A stretch of 64,000 nt of DNA from an uncultured Alphaproteobacteria bacterium. GTDB lineage: Bacteria > Pseudomonadota > Alphaproteobacteria > Rhizobiales > Xanthobacteraceae. Location: contig CAWJDC010000006.1 in assembly GCA_963841575.1 (NCBI GenBank), forward strand, positions 256,835-320,834. Direction: 5' to 3'. Position 1 is the stretch's first letter; every line of letters starts with the position of its first letter. Below, piece after piece: positions 23,579-33,637 of the stretch. A program made the position numbers and the translations under genes. The notes beneath the pieces are model-generated. The model did no database searches. It saw only the letters and a list, made by a program, of their open reading frames with translations, and was not told the origin of the DNA.

Positions 23579-24390
23579 ATGACCCATAAAATGCCCCGCG
23601 AGATCGCGTCCGGCGTGTTCTGGATCGGCGACTGCCTGGCGCAGCGCCACAAGGGCAAGGTCTATCACGGCTACAACGCCGCGTTCCTGGTCGCCGGCGA
23701 TGACGCGTCGATCCTGGTCGAGACCGGTCACCCGAAGGATTTTCCGGTCATCGAGCGGCATCTGAACGAGCTGTTCGCGCGCGGCGTGGCGCCGCTCAAA
23801 TATCTGTTCGTCACCCACCAGGAAACGCCGCATTGCGGCGGCCTCGGCCGCATCCTGAAAACCTTTCCCGACGTGCTCCTGTGCGGCGACGTCAGCGACT
23901 ACCACCTGGCCTTTCCGCAATACGAACACCGCATGCGCTGGATGAAGGAGGGCGACGCGATCGATCTCGGCGGCCGCACGCTGATGGCGGTCGAGCCGGT
24001 GATCCGCGACCTGCGCACCACCTGGTGGGGTTTCGACACCAGGGAGCGCGTGCTGTTTCCGGGCGACGGCTTCGCCTACAGCCACTACCACGAGGACGGC
24101 CATTGCGGCCTGGTCGCCGAGGAAGCGGTCTCGCTCGATCTGCCGGACGTGTCGTCGACCTTCGCGGACCTGGCGCTGTTCTGGACCAAGTTCGCCGACA
24201 TGAACGTCTATTGCGACCGGCTCGACCATCTCATCGCGCGGCTCGACGTCAAGACCATCGCGCCGACCCACGGCCTGCCGATCACCGACGTCAAGACCAC
24301 GGTGCCCAAGGTGCAGGAAGGTTTGAAGGCCGCCGCGCTGATGCCGGAAGTCGGGGACCAACGAGAAGATGGCGGCGGTCGGTTTCGTAG
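23579..24390 (+). CDS. MBL-fold metallo-hydrolase family protein (3' end uncertain)
   Basis: MTHKMPREIASGVFWIGD...FLVAGDDASILVETGHPKDF...YLFVTHQETPHCGG...LFPGDGFAYSHYHEDGHCG...IAPTHGLP. The open frame runs through the following REP element into the next gene, so the true stop is unclear. Confidence 0.7.
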
Positions 24391-24393
24391 CTC

Positions 24394-24469
24394 GGATGGA
24401 GCGCAGCGCAATCCGGGAACAGCGTTTGAGCCCGACAGGCTCATCCCCGGAACGCGCCGCGCTCTATCC
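24394..24469. repeat. REP-like imperfect inverted repeat
   Basis: ggatggagcgcagcgcaatccgg (24394-24416) pairs with ccggaacgcgccgcgctctatcc (24447-24469), about 20 of 23 positions complementary. It is the family that yields ...RMERSAIRE... pseudo-peptides. Confidence 0.6.
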
Positions 24470-24499
24470 GGGCGACTTTTAGATATTGGCAGGCACACC

Positions 24500-25379
24500 A
24501 TGAAACAGCTCACCATCGGCGACGTCACCATCACCAGCATCATCGAGCGCGACGGGCCGTGGCGGCGGCCGGAGGATATGTTCCTGGCCTACGATCCCGA
24601 GGTCGGTAGGCGTCATCTTGCCGAGCTCGATCCGCGAGTGTTCGATCCGGCGTCGGGCAAGATGGTCATCACCTACCAGACCTTCGTGGTGCGCACGCCG
24701 CAAGCACACCATCCTGATCGACACCTGCACCGGCGAGGACAAGGGCTATCCGGCGCCGATGGATTTTCCGAAGCAGCCGTGGCTCGACGGTTTTCATGCC
24801 GCCGGCCTGCGCTTCGAGGACATCGATTACGTGTTCTGCACGCATCTGCACATCGACCATACCGGCTGGAACACGATGCTGCGCGATGGCCAATGGGTGC
24901 CGACCTTCCCGAACGCGAAATACATTTTTCACAAGGGCGAATACGCCGCGTGGGAGGAATCCAACAAGCGCGGCGAGAACCGCCCGGGCGGCGGCGGCAA
25001 CGTATGGGGCTATAATTGCGAGCCGGTGGTCGCGGCCGGGCAGGCGCTCCTGGTCGATGACGACTTTGCGCTCGACGATACGCTCTGGCTGACGCCGACG
25101 CCGGGCCACTCGCCGTGCCATTGCTGCGTCAATATCCGCTCGCGCGGCCAGCACGCGGTCGTCGTCGGCGATCTGATGCACCACGCCTTGCAATGCCGCG
25201 AGCCGGACTGGTCGACGGTGTTCGATTGGGACCCGGCGCAGGCGGCGCGGTCGCGGCGAAAATTTCTCGCCGAGGCGGCCGGCACCGGCACGTTCGTGCT
25301 GCCGATCCATTTCCCGCATCCGACCACCGGCCTGATCGAGGCGGACGGCGCGCGGTTTCACTATAGGTTCGTGCGGTAG
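24500..25379 (+). pseudogene. MBL-fold metallo-hydrolase (lactonase-like), one frameshift near 24700
   Basis: MKQLTIGDVTITSIIERDGPW...; TILIDTCTGEDKGYP; HxHxDH motif CTHLHIDHTGWN; TPTPGHSPCH; VVGDLMHH. Confidence 0.8.
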
Positions 25380-25391
25380 AGAGGCGCCATC

Positions 25392-26116
25392 ATGCCCGAC
25401 AAAAAGCTGACCGGCCGGATCGCGGCTGAGCGCATCCGCACGCAATCGACGCCGAAGCCGCCCGCGGGCGCGGTCGAGCGCTTCCTCGCGCTCGGCGAGT
25501 GCACCAGTTTGATCTCGGACGTGATGGATGAGCTCGGTGTGCCGGAAGGCACGATCGGCGCGACGACGCTCAAGCCGACGCTGCCCGGCAAGCTCGTCGT
25601 CGGCCCGGCGCTGACCGTGCGCAACATCACACAGCGGTCCGATGCGCTGAACGCCAAGACCCACGTCAATCGCATGGCGGAGTTCGAGGCGCACAATCTG
25701 GCGGAGGATGGCGACGTGCTGGTGATCCCGGCGTTCCCGGCATGTCTAACATGGGCGGCATCTCGGCGATGACGGGCCAGCGCGAAGGCGAACGCGGCGC
25801 CATCGTCATGGGCGGCGTTCGCGACATGCGCCATTCGCGGTCGATCGGCTATCCGATTTGGTCGAGCGAGATCACTCCGGCGACCGGCAAATGGCGTCTC
25901 GAAACCGTCGAGATCAACGGCGAGATCGAAATGTGCGGCGTGCGAGTGGACGCCGGCGATCTCGCGGTCGCTGACGACACCGGCGTCTGCTTCGTCCCGC
26001 GCGCCGAGATCATGCGGGTCTTGGAATTGTGCGAGAAGAAAAAGCATGCGGAAGATGCCCGCATCGCAGCGATCTCGGACGGCGTTCCGGTGCCGGTGTT
26101 TTACGGCAAGGGCTGA
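25392..26116 (+). pseudogene. RraA family protein (aldolase/decarboxylase-like), one frameshift near 25740
   Basis: SLISDVMDELGVPEGTIGATTLKPTLPGKLVVGPALTV...EDGDVLVI, then NMGGISAMTGQREGERGAIVMGGVRDMRHSRSIGYPIWSSEITPATG...GDLAVADDTGVCFVP. Confidence 0.75.
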
Positions 26117-26123
26117 TCAGGCG

Positions 26124-26156
26124 GGCGGGGCGGATTGCCATTTGATCCGCCCCGCC
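26124..26156. terminator. 12-bp GC hairpin between convergent genes (candidate bidirectional terminator)
   Basis: ggcggggcggat-tgccatttg-atccgccccgcc. There is no clear U-tract. Confidence 0.4.
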
Positions 26157-26173
26157 TAGCCATTACGCTTTAT

Positions 26174-27677
26174 TCACCGTGCGGTTGCGCGCGCCGCCGC
26201 TTGCTTCGGCTGGATCAGCAGGACGAGCGGGACAAAGCTCGCGAGTGTCACGGCCGCCATGATCCACCAGGCGCGGTCGAACGCGGCGAGGCGCTCGAGC
26301 GGCGAATGCGGCGCGCCGAGGAGGGCGACCAGCATCGCCACGCCCAGGGCCAGGAAGGTCTGGCGCGTCATGTTGAGAACGCCGGAGCCGGTGGCGAACG
26401 AGGACGGCGGCAGCGACGACGTGCCGGCGCCCATCAATGTCGGGTAGGCCAGTCCGACGCCAACACCGGCGAAGATCATGCCGACTAGCGCCACGCCGAC
26501 ATTGGGTTCGAGACCGGGCACGGCGGCCCACCAGATAAAGCTGGCGGCGAACACCACGATGCCGAGCGCGATCACGGTCGCGGCGCCGAAACGGGCGATC
26601 AGCCGACCGGAGACCAGCAAGGACGTCACCGGCACCAGGAACGGTCCCGGTGCGATGACGAGGCCGGTCTTGAGCGCCGACCAGCCCCAGCCGTTCTGCA
26701 TCCACAGCGCGAGCGACAACAGCATCGCGCCGAATGCCACCGAATAGGGCGCCATGATCAGCGTCGCGCCGCTGAACGGACGAATGCGAAACAGCGCCGG
26801 ATCGACGAATGGGTTTTTCGAGCGCAGGCAATCGATGACGAACAGCGCGAGCAGGACGGCGGCGAGCGCCAGGCTCGCGATGACGCCGCGCGAGGTCAAG
26901 CCCCAGGCCGCGGTCTGCATGATGCCGAACGTCAGCGCGGCGATGCCGAGCGTCACCAGGCCCGCGCCCCAGGCGTCGGGCTTTTTGACGTCATGGCCGG
27001 GCACGGCGGGCAACTTCCACCAGCCGATCGCAAGCGCGATGACGCCGATCGGAACGTTGACCAGAAAAATCCAACGCCAATTCGCCGTCACCAGCAATCC
27101 GCCAATCAGCGGGCCGAGCGCCGCGGCGAAGCCGCCGACGGCGGTCCAGGTCCGCACCGCACCGCCGCGCCGCTCCGGCGGGAAGGCGGCGAGGAGGAGG
27201 CCGAGCGAGGTCGGCGTCATCAGCGCGGCACCCGCGGCCTGGATCACGCGGAACGCCACCAGCATCTCGATGCTGGTGGCGGCGGCGCAGGCCGCCGAGG
27301 CCGCGGTGAACAGCGCGACACCGAGCAGAAAACTGGCGTTGCGGCGGTAGCGCTCGGCGAGGCGGCCGAAGAACACCAGGAGCGCTGCGTAGACGATGGC
27401 GTAACCGTTGAGGATCCACGAGAGATTTCCAAGACCCGAGCCGCGGAAAATTCTGCGCGATATTCGGCAGCGCCACATTGACGATGAAGAGGTCGAGATT
27501 GGCCAGCACGATGCCGATGCAAACGATCGCCAGAACGCGGTTCGGTTGCACCGGCGCGGTGGTGCGGCCGACGTGCTGCTGCGCAACGTCGGGCGTTGCT
27601 GTAAACGGTGGGCCTGGTGGTACCGCGGCGCTGGCGGGCGGCGCGAAGCTCATGTCCGTGGCAGTGCGATAGGCCAT
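26174..27677 (-). pseudogene. MFS transporter, DHA2 (EmrB/QacA-like, 14-TMS type), one frameshift near the 5' end
   Basis: RBS ggaga. MAYRTATD...RVLAIVCIGIVLANLDLFIVNVALPNIAQNF shifts into GNLSWILNGYAIVYAALLVFFGRLAERYRRN.... The long hydrophobic ORF runs to 26174. Confidence 0.85.
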
Positions 27678-27763
27678 TTCAAGTCTCCATATTTTAATAC
27701 AAAACAAGAGTTGTTTTATTTCTTGCATGAGTTTGGCATGACGACTGGACGTTCGCGTTTCGA

Positions 27764-28180
27764 TTACTGGATTTTTTCGACCAAAGAGGCGAGGCTGGTT
27801 CGCCGCAGCACGCCGCCGACGGCGGCGTCGGCCGCGCCGAACACCGGGTTCAGCAAGCCCGCCATGGCGGCATTGACCGGGCAGCGCGGATTACCGCGTT
27901 GGCGTAACGCGAAGACCGTGCCGTCTTCGAGAGCCTTGTAGATTTCCTCGAGCGTGATGTCGGAGGGCGAGCGCGACAGCGTGACGCCGCCGTGGCGCCC
28001 CGGGCGAATCTCCACCAGGCCGTGGCGCTCCAAACCCTTGAGAATGCGGCGGACCACGACCGGGTTGGTCTTCAGGCTTTTGGCCACGTCCTCGGAGTTG
28101 GTGGCCTTATCGCCGCGCCAGGCGAGGACACACAAGAATCTCGGACCGCTCCAGCAGAGACTATTGGCTGCCATAAACAT
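27764..28180 (-). CDS. Rrf2 family transcriptional regulator
   Basis: LAWRGDKATNSEDVAKSLKTNPVVVRRILKGLERHGLVEIRPGRHGGVTLSRSPSDITLEEIY. The first ~20 residues look atypical, possibly from compensating indels. Confidence 0.75.
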   Translation of the reverse strand: MFMAANSLCWSGPRFLCVLAWRGDKATNSEDVAKSLKTNPVVVRRILKGLERHGLVEIRPGRHGGVTLSRSPSDITLEEIYKALEDGTVFALRQRGNPRCPVNAAMAGLLNPVFGAADAAVGGVLRRTSLASLVEKIQ

Positions 28181-28556
28181 AACAATAGCAGTTATGTTTT
28201 TTCGTGGCTCGTCAATGGGGGCTGATCCGGACAGGTCCGATTGGGGATGAGAAGAATCGATTTCGTCACCGGAATAACGATAAAGTATTTGAGCAATTGT
28301 CCTCCGTTACGATGAAAGTGACAAAGTCTGCTGAGTGAGGGACGTCAACCGGTGACGGCCGTTGGATGGAGCAAGTGCGGCGCTCCGCGCGGGGCTCGTA
28401 ACCCCGCTCCCGGGCGGCCCAGAACTCCCGCCGTCCGGCACGATGACCGGTCCGCGAGGAGCTCGCTGCACTGAGGCCCGGGGAGCCCAACAAGGGCACC
28501 GATCCGGCGCACAGGAAGCGCGGTCTGGGCTGAGCCAAGGGGTAAAAGCCTTCGGC

Positions 28557-28664
28557 GGGAAGAGCCGCGGTGGAGCGCCGAGAGGCGAGCGCGCCCCGCA
28601 GGGCGCGCGCCCGCATCCGCTGATGCGGGCAACGAAGGCGCGCCTGTCGGCGCTCCGCTTTCCC
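28557..28664. other. Nested multi-hairpin GC-rich structure (candidate ncRNA or repeat unit)
   Basis: Outer stem gggaag-agc...ggagcgccga pairs with tcggcgctcc-gctttccc. It encloses the hairpins gcgcgcccc-gca-gggcgcgc and gcccgcatc-cgctg-gatgcgggc. Confidence 0.3.
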
Positions 28665-28747
28665 TCGCTTGTTGTTGAGGGATCGTTTTTCGTGAGAACG
28701 TGCAGCAAACCTCGGATGCGGATGCATCGCGAGAATACCTCTGCTCG

Positions 28748-28862
28748 TCATTGCCGGGCTTGACCCGGCAATCCATGCGGCGGACTCGCCCTGCTCTTTT
28801 TATTGCATCGTTCTTATTTGCTGGACGTCAGCATGGACCACCGGGTCAAGCCCGGCGGTGAC
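28748..28862. repeat. Two inverted copies of the Bradyrhizobiaceae-type REP hairpin
   Basis: attgccgggcttgacccggcaat (28750-28772) and caccgggtcaagcccggcggtg (28839-28860). The cores are exact reverse complements. This is the family that produces ...VKPGNDE... pseudo-ORFs. Confidence 0.65.
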
Positions 28863-28946
28863 AAAGAAGGGGGGGACCGGCGGGAAGAACCGGGCTGCTG
28901 GTGACGAAGATGTTGCACAAACGCGGCTGTGACCCTGTGATCGGCG

Positions 28947-29927
28947 CTACTGCGCCGGGATGTTGTTGGCGCGGATCACGTCGCCCCAGAGCTTGATCTC
29001 GCTCTTGAGCAGGGCGCGCGCGGCTTCGGGCGTCTCTTGGTCGGGCGGAAACTCGTCCATGCCGCCGTCGGCAAAGTCTTTTGCACCTTGGCATCGGCGA
29101 TCGCATGCGCGAAGCGCGGTGTTGAGCTTGTCGATGATCGGCCGCGGCGTGCCGGCCGGCGCCAGCAGCATGTGCCAGAAGTCGAGGTCGAGCTTCTTGT
29201 AGCCGAGCTCGCCCATGGTCGGCAGGTCCGGCAAGCCGGCAAACCGCTTTCGGCCGATGAGGCGCGTAGGCTTTGAGCTTGCCGGCATTGATCAGGGGTG
29301 CGGCGACGCACCGCCGAATCGAGCTGAGATCGACCTGGCCCGCCAACAGATCGATCAGCGCCGGGCCGGCGCCGCGATAGGGCACCTGGGTCACCGTGAT
29401 GCCGAGCTCCTGGGCGACCAGCACGCCGGCCAGATGGCCGAACGAGCCGACGCCGGGATGGCCGATCTTGACGGTCCGTCCGGGCTCTTTCATCCAGCGC
29501 AGCAACTCGTTGAAATTGTTCGGCGGCAGCGTCGGCGCGCCGCAAGGGTCGAAGCGGCGGTGTTGATCGAGGCCGATGGTGACGAAATCCTTTTCGGCAT
29601 CGAAGGTCAGATCCGGATACAGCGTCATGCCTGCCGCCAGCGCGACCTGATGGATCAGGATGGTGTAGCCGTCGGGATCGGCGCGGGCGGCTTTGGCGGC
29701 GCAAATCATGCCGCCGGCGCCGCCGATGTTTTCGATCACGATCGGCTGACCGAGCGATTCTGCATGCTGTCCTGGATGATGCGCGCGATCGCGTCGGTCG
29801 CGCCGCCGGGCGGGAACGGCACCAAGAGGGTGATGGGACGATTGGGATAAGTTTGCGCCGAAGCGGCGCCGGCCGCCAAAACACAAGCGGCGAACAGCGC
29901 AGCCGCAAGCGCGCGTGCGAAGGTCAT
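28947..29927 (-). pseudogene. Tripartite tricarboxylate transporter substrate-binding protein (Bug/TctC family), at least 3 frameshifts
   Basis: RBS gggaggg. Signal peptide MTFARALAAALFAACVLAAGAASAQ. Pieces: YPNRPITLLVPFPPGGATDAIARI; GQPIVIENIGGAGGMI; YRGAGPALIDLLAGQVDL; C-terminus DLPTMGELGYKKLDLDFWHMLLAPAGTPRPIIDKLN. Confidence 0.85.
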
Positions 29928-30076
29928 GATCCCTCCCAAAACTCGAACTCTTCTATGCCGTCTGTTCTTTTTGTTGGGCGGCGGCCATTGAAGTCCGAAC
30001 CGGGCCGGAAAGCCACCCCTTTTCCGGTCCTCCGACAAGGATGCGGCGACGCGCCGCTTCGAGCGATAGCCGCAAC

Positions 30077-31140
30077 TCAGTTCAGCCGCAGTTCGGTGAT
30101 GTGCCGCGGATCCGGCTTCAGCTCGCCCTTCTCGACGCGCTTGACGATGTCGGTCAGCACCGCATTGGCGCGGCAGGTCAGGCCAAGCTTCTCGCCCTCG
30201 CGCACGATGTGGCCGTTGATGAACTCGATCTCGGTGCGCCGGCCCTTCTGCATGTCCTGGCCCATCGAGGGGCGTTGCCCGGACGCGGTCTTCTTGCCGT
30301 CCTTGAAGCGCTGCGCGTCATAGGCGCTGGTCGCCGCCTCGTCGCCTTCGCCCGCGCGCGCGATCGTCTCCGGCGGCAGATGCAGGATGTCCTCGAGCTG
30401 ATAGCCGTGCGCCTGTCCGACCCGGATCGCCTCGCTGCCGATGCGCGCCGCGAAGCGGCGGATCGGATCGTTCTTGAGCATCTCGCCGCCGGAGAGACCG
30501 GTGCAGGCCGAGAGCCCGTTCTGCATGGCGTTGGCGACGAGCTTCGACCAGCGCTCGCCCCACAGATTGTTGGTCACCATGGCGCTGTCGGCATAAGCCG
30601 ACCAGACGGCCGATCTTCTTGGCGCGGTCGGTGATGCGGCCGTGCACTTCGCCGGCGCGAAACACGGTGTGCGCCGCGCCGCCCTTGCCGGCGCCGCGAT
30701 GGACGTGGCCGGGCTCCGGCAGGTTGACGGTGATGCTGCTCGCGATGCAGCCGAGCGTCTTGCCCCAGCCGACCACGCCGGCGATGGTCTCCTCGTTCAT
30801 GCAGTTCTGCAGCGACACGACGAAGCCGTCGGGCGCGAGATACTGCCTGATCATCATGGTCGCCCACGCGGTGTCGTAGGATTTCATGCAGACGAAGGCG
30901 ATGTCGACCGGCTTCTCCTTGGCAAGCTGCTGCGCGTCGGTGACATGCAGCGCCCGCACCGGCACGGTGAATTCCGGCTACGTCGTGGGCGTGAGTGACG
31001 CGCAGGCCGTGCTTGCGCATGTGCTCGACATGCTCGGGCCAGGGATCGATGAAGGTCACGTCCTCGCCGGCCTGCACCATATGCGCGCCGGCATAGCCGC
31101 CGACCGCGCCGGCTCCCACGATGACGATCTTGTGGCCCAT
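30077..31140 (-). pseudogene. Ketopantoate reductase (ApbA/PanE) family oxidoreductase, about 3 frameshifts
   Basis: MGHKIVIVGAGAVGGYAGAHMVQAGEDVTFID; VDIAFVCMKSYDTAWATMMIRQYLAPDGFVVSLQNCMNEE; C-terminus SMGQDMQKGRRTEIEFINGHIVREGEKLGL. Confidence 0.8.
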
Positions 31141-31167
31141 GCCGTCCTCCCAACTGCGATGACGCGA

Positions 31168-31840
31168 TTAACCGCGGAACGCCGCCTTGATGGCTTCCAC
31201 CGTGGCGCCGGGCGCGCGCGCGGCGGCGATGATGCGCGCCTCCTGCTTCATGAGGCCGTCGAGCGCGGCCGCCATCGCGTCGATCTTGTCGATCGGCACA
31301 ACGACGGCGCCGTGGCGGTCGGCATGGATGAGGTCGCCGCTTTTCACCGCCATGCCGTGGATGGTGACGGGAATGCCGAAATCGACAACATGCACATAGG
31401 CGTGCGACGGCGCGATCGAGCCGGCCAGCATCTGAAAGCCCGGGGCGACCGTGGGATGTCGCGCACCGAGCCGTTGGTGATGGTGCCGAGGCAGCCGAGC
31501 GCCTTGTGCACGTTGGTCTGCACCTCGCCCCAGAACGCGCCGTAGCCGGCGGGCTCGTCCTTGTCCTCGATTACACGATGCTCGGCCGCGGCGCCGCCGC
31601 GACGTAGTCGAGATAGTCCATCCGCTTTTGCATGTAGCTCGGCCCGCTCACAGCGTCGCGGGCGCGGATCGTCACGGTCTTGGCGAAGCCGACCATCGGC
31701 GGCAGGTCGGGAAACGGGCAATGCAGGTGGCTCGTCGTATAGCCCGCGCCGCGGCGTTCCGGCGCCACGATCTCGATCAGGTTGCACACGGTCGGCGTAT
31801 CGATCGACCGCAGAAATGTAAACTGGCTCTCCGAAAGCAT
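31168..31840 (-). pseudogene. RraA family protein (second copy), about 2 frameshifts
   Basis: MLSESQFTFLRSIDTPTVCNLIE...; GAFWGEVQTNVHKALGCLGTITNGSVRDI; HAYVHVVDFGIPVTIHGMAVKSGDLIHADRHGAVVVP. Confidence 0.75.
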
Positions 31841-31876
31841 CGCTTCCCCATTGTCTCCGCCGCCAGTGTCAGGCCG

Positions 31877-33024
31877 TCATCGGTCCCAGGCGATGGCGAC
31901 AATCACCGCCATGATCGCCAGCATGGCAACGATCATGGCGACGCAACCATTCCAGCCGGCGAAGGTCCAGGCAAGGCCGTTGAGAAAAGCGCCCGCGCTG
32001 CCGCCGATATAGAAGATCGACGCGTAAAGACCGACGGCGGACGAGCGTCCCTCCTTGGCGGTCAACGTGACATAGCCGGTCGAAACCGCCTGGCACAGCA
32101 TGCCGCAAACCGCGCACAGCGTCAGCCCGGTGAGGATGATGCTGACCGGGGACGCCAGCAGCAGCAATGCGCCAACGACCCACACCGCGATGAGGCCGAG
32201 CACGAAACGCCGGCGGCCGAAGATCGTAATCGCGCGTCCGGTCCAAGGCACCACCACGCTGCCGACCAGATAGGTGAAAAACAGCCCGCCGAGCAGCGTC
32301 GGCGAAAACAGATAGGGCGGCGCCGCGAGATGGAAGCTTATGTAGGTGAAGGTGCCGATGAAGCTGAACAGGACGCCGAAGCCGATGGCGTAAGTTGCCA
32401 GCAGGCGCGGATTGCGCAAGTGGCGGACCATTTGCACGACGGAATTCGCCAATCCGCCCGAGCGCACGAAACGCCGCTCAGGGGCCAGCGTGAACGCGAC
32501 GATGGTCGCGGCGCCAAGCGTGATCAGCGCGACGACGATGAAGGCGGCGCGCCATCCGATCATATCGGCAAAACGCCGGGGATGAACCGGCCGCAAAAGC
32601 CGCCGATGCTCGAGCCCGACACATAAAGCCCGGCGACGCGCGGAATATCAGCCGGCGGCCATTCGTCGCCGATATAGGCGACGGTGACGGTGAAGATCGG
32701 CGGCAGCAGCAAGCCCTGAATGAAGCGCCAGAACGCCAGCTGCGGGACGCTTCCCGAGAGCGTCATGATCAGGGTCGGCAACACGATAGCGAACATCGCG
32801 GCGGTGATCAGGCGCTTGCGTCCGGCGACATCGGCCAGCACGCCGGAAAATGGCGCCGTCAGCGCAATGGCCGCCGTGCCGGCGGTCATCAGCGAGCAGA
32901 TCTCGCCGGCGCTGACGCCGAATTCGTGCGCCAGTTCGGGCAGCAGGGCCTGCGGCGAATAAAGATTGACGAAGGCGCAGAAGCCCGCCGTGGCCACGGC
33001 AAGGCTGCGAGGATCGAAAGTCAT
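31877..33024 (-). pseudogene. MFS transporter (12-TMS type), one frameshift near 32580
   Basis: MTFDPRSLAVATAGFCAFVNLYSPQALLPELAHEFGVS...SGVLADVAGRKRL joins IGWRAAFIVVALITLGAAT.... Hydrophobic throughout. Confidence 0.8.
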
Positions 33025-33139
33025 GGCGCATTATGAGCGATGCGCGGCGTTAAAGCACGTCCGGCCGCTTTTGACGCCGGGTTTAGGAACAAATATCTAC
33101 CGGCTCGAAGCGAGATAAAGTCAGAAGGGAAACATTGTC

Positions 33140-33613
33140 ATGAGTGCTATCGAGGACAAGATCAAGGCGATGGGGTATTCGCTGCCCCAGCCATTCAAGT
33201 TTCCCAATCCCAACCGAACCGGCTGCGTCGTCGTCGGCGCGATCGTTTATGCGTCCGGCCACGGCCGTGACATGGCCGGTCGCGGCGTCAAAGCGAAAGG
33301 CAAAGTCGGCCGCGACCTCACTGTTGAGGAGGGCTATGCCACGGCACGCGCTGTCGCACTCTCGATGCTCGCGAGCCTCAAGCAGGAACTCGCCGATCTC
33401 GACCGCGTCAAGCGCGTGATCAGACTGTACGGCATGGTCAACGTCGCTGCGGGATTTGAGCGCATGCCTGAGGTCATCGATGGTGCCTCGGATTTTTTCT
33501 ACGAACTGTTCGGCCCGCAGGCCGGCCAGCATGCCCGCACTGCCGTCGGCATGGCTGAACTTCCCCACGGCATCCCGGTCGAGATCAATGGCGAGTTCGA
33601 ACTGAAAATATGA
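33140..33613 (+). CDS. RidA/YjgF family protein
   Basis: Intact 157 aa: ...VYASGHG...GKVGRDLTVEEGYATARAVALSMLASLK...RTAVGMAELPHGIPVEINGEFEL. Confidence 0.8.
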   Translation: MSAIEDKIKAMGYSLPQPFKFPNPNRTGCVVVGAIVYASGHGRDMAGRGVKAKGKVGRDLTVEEGYATARAVALSMLASLKQELADLDRVKRVIRLYGMVNVAAGFERMPEVIDGASDFFYELFGPQAGQHARTAVGMAELPHGIPVEINGEFELKI

Positions 33614-33637
33614 TCGTCGATGGTGCCGTAACGGCGA

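Noticed and set aside
23519-25015. 498-aa ORF fusing two MBL-fold genes
   Set aside because: The link between the two parts is the translated REP element (…RSSDGAQRNPGTAFEPDRLIPGTRRAL…). The second gene has its own ATG at 24500.
28330-28700. Possible RNase P RNA, tmRNA, SRP RNA or riboswitch in the structured intergenic region
   Set aside because: On both strands I looked for GGAAAGUCCGG and ACAGAACCCGGCUUA (RNase P), GGAAGCAGCC (SRP), an ANDN…AA tag frame (tmRNA), and the B12-box, TPP, FMN and glycine cores. None is present. I kept it only as an unclassified structured or repeat region.
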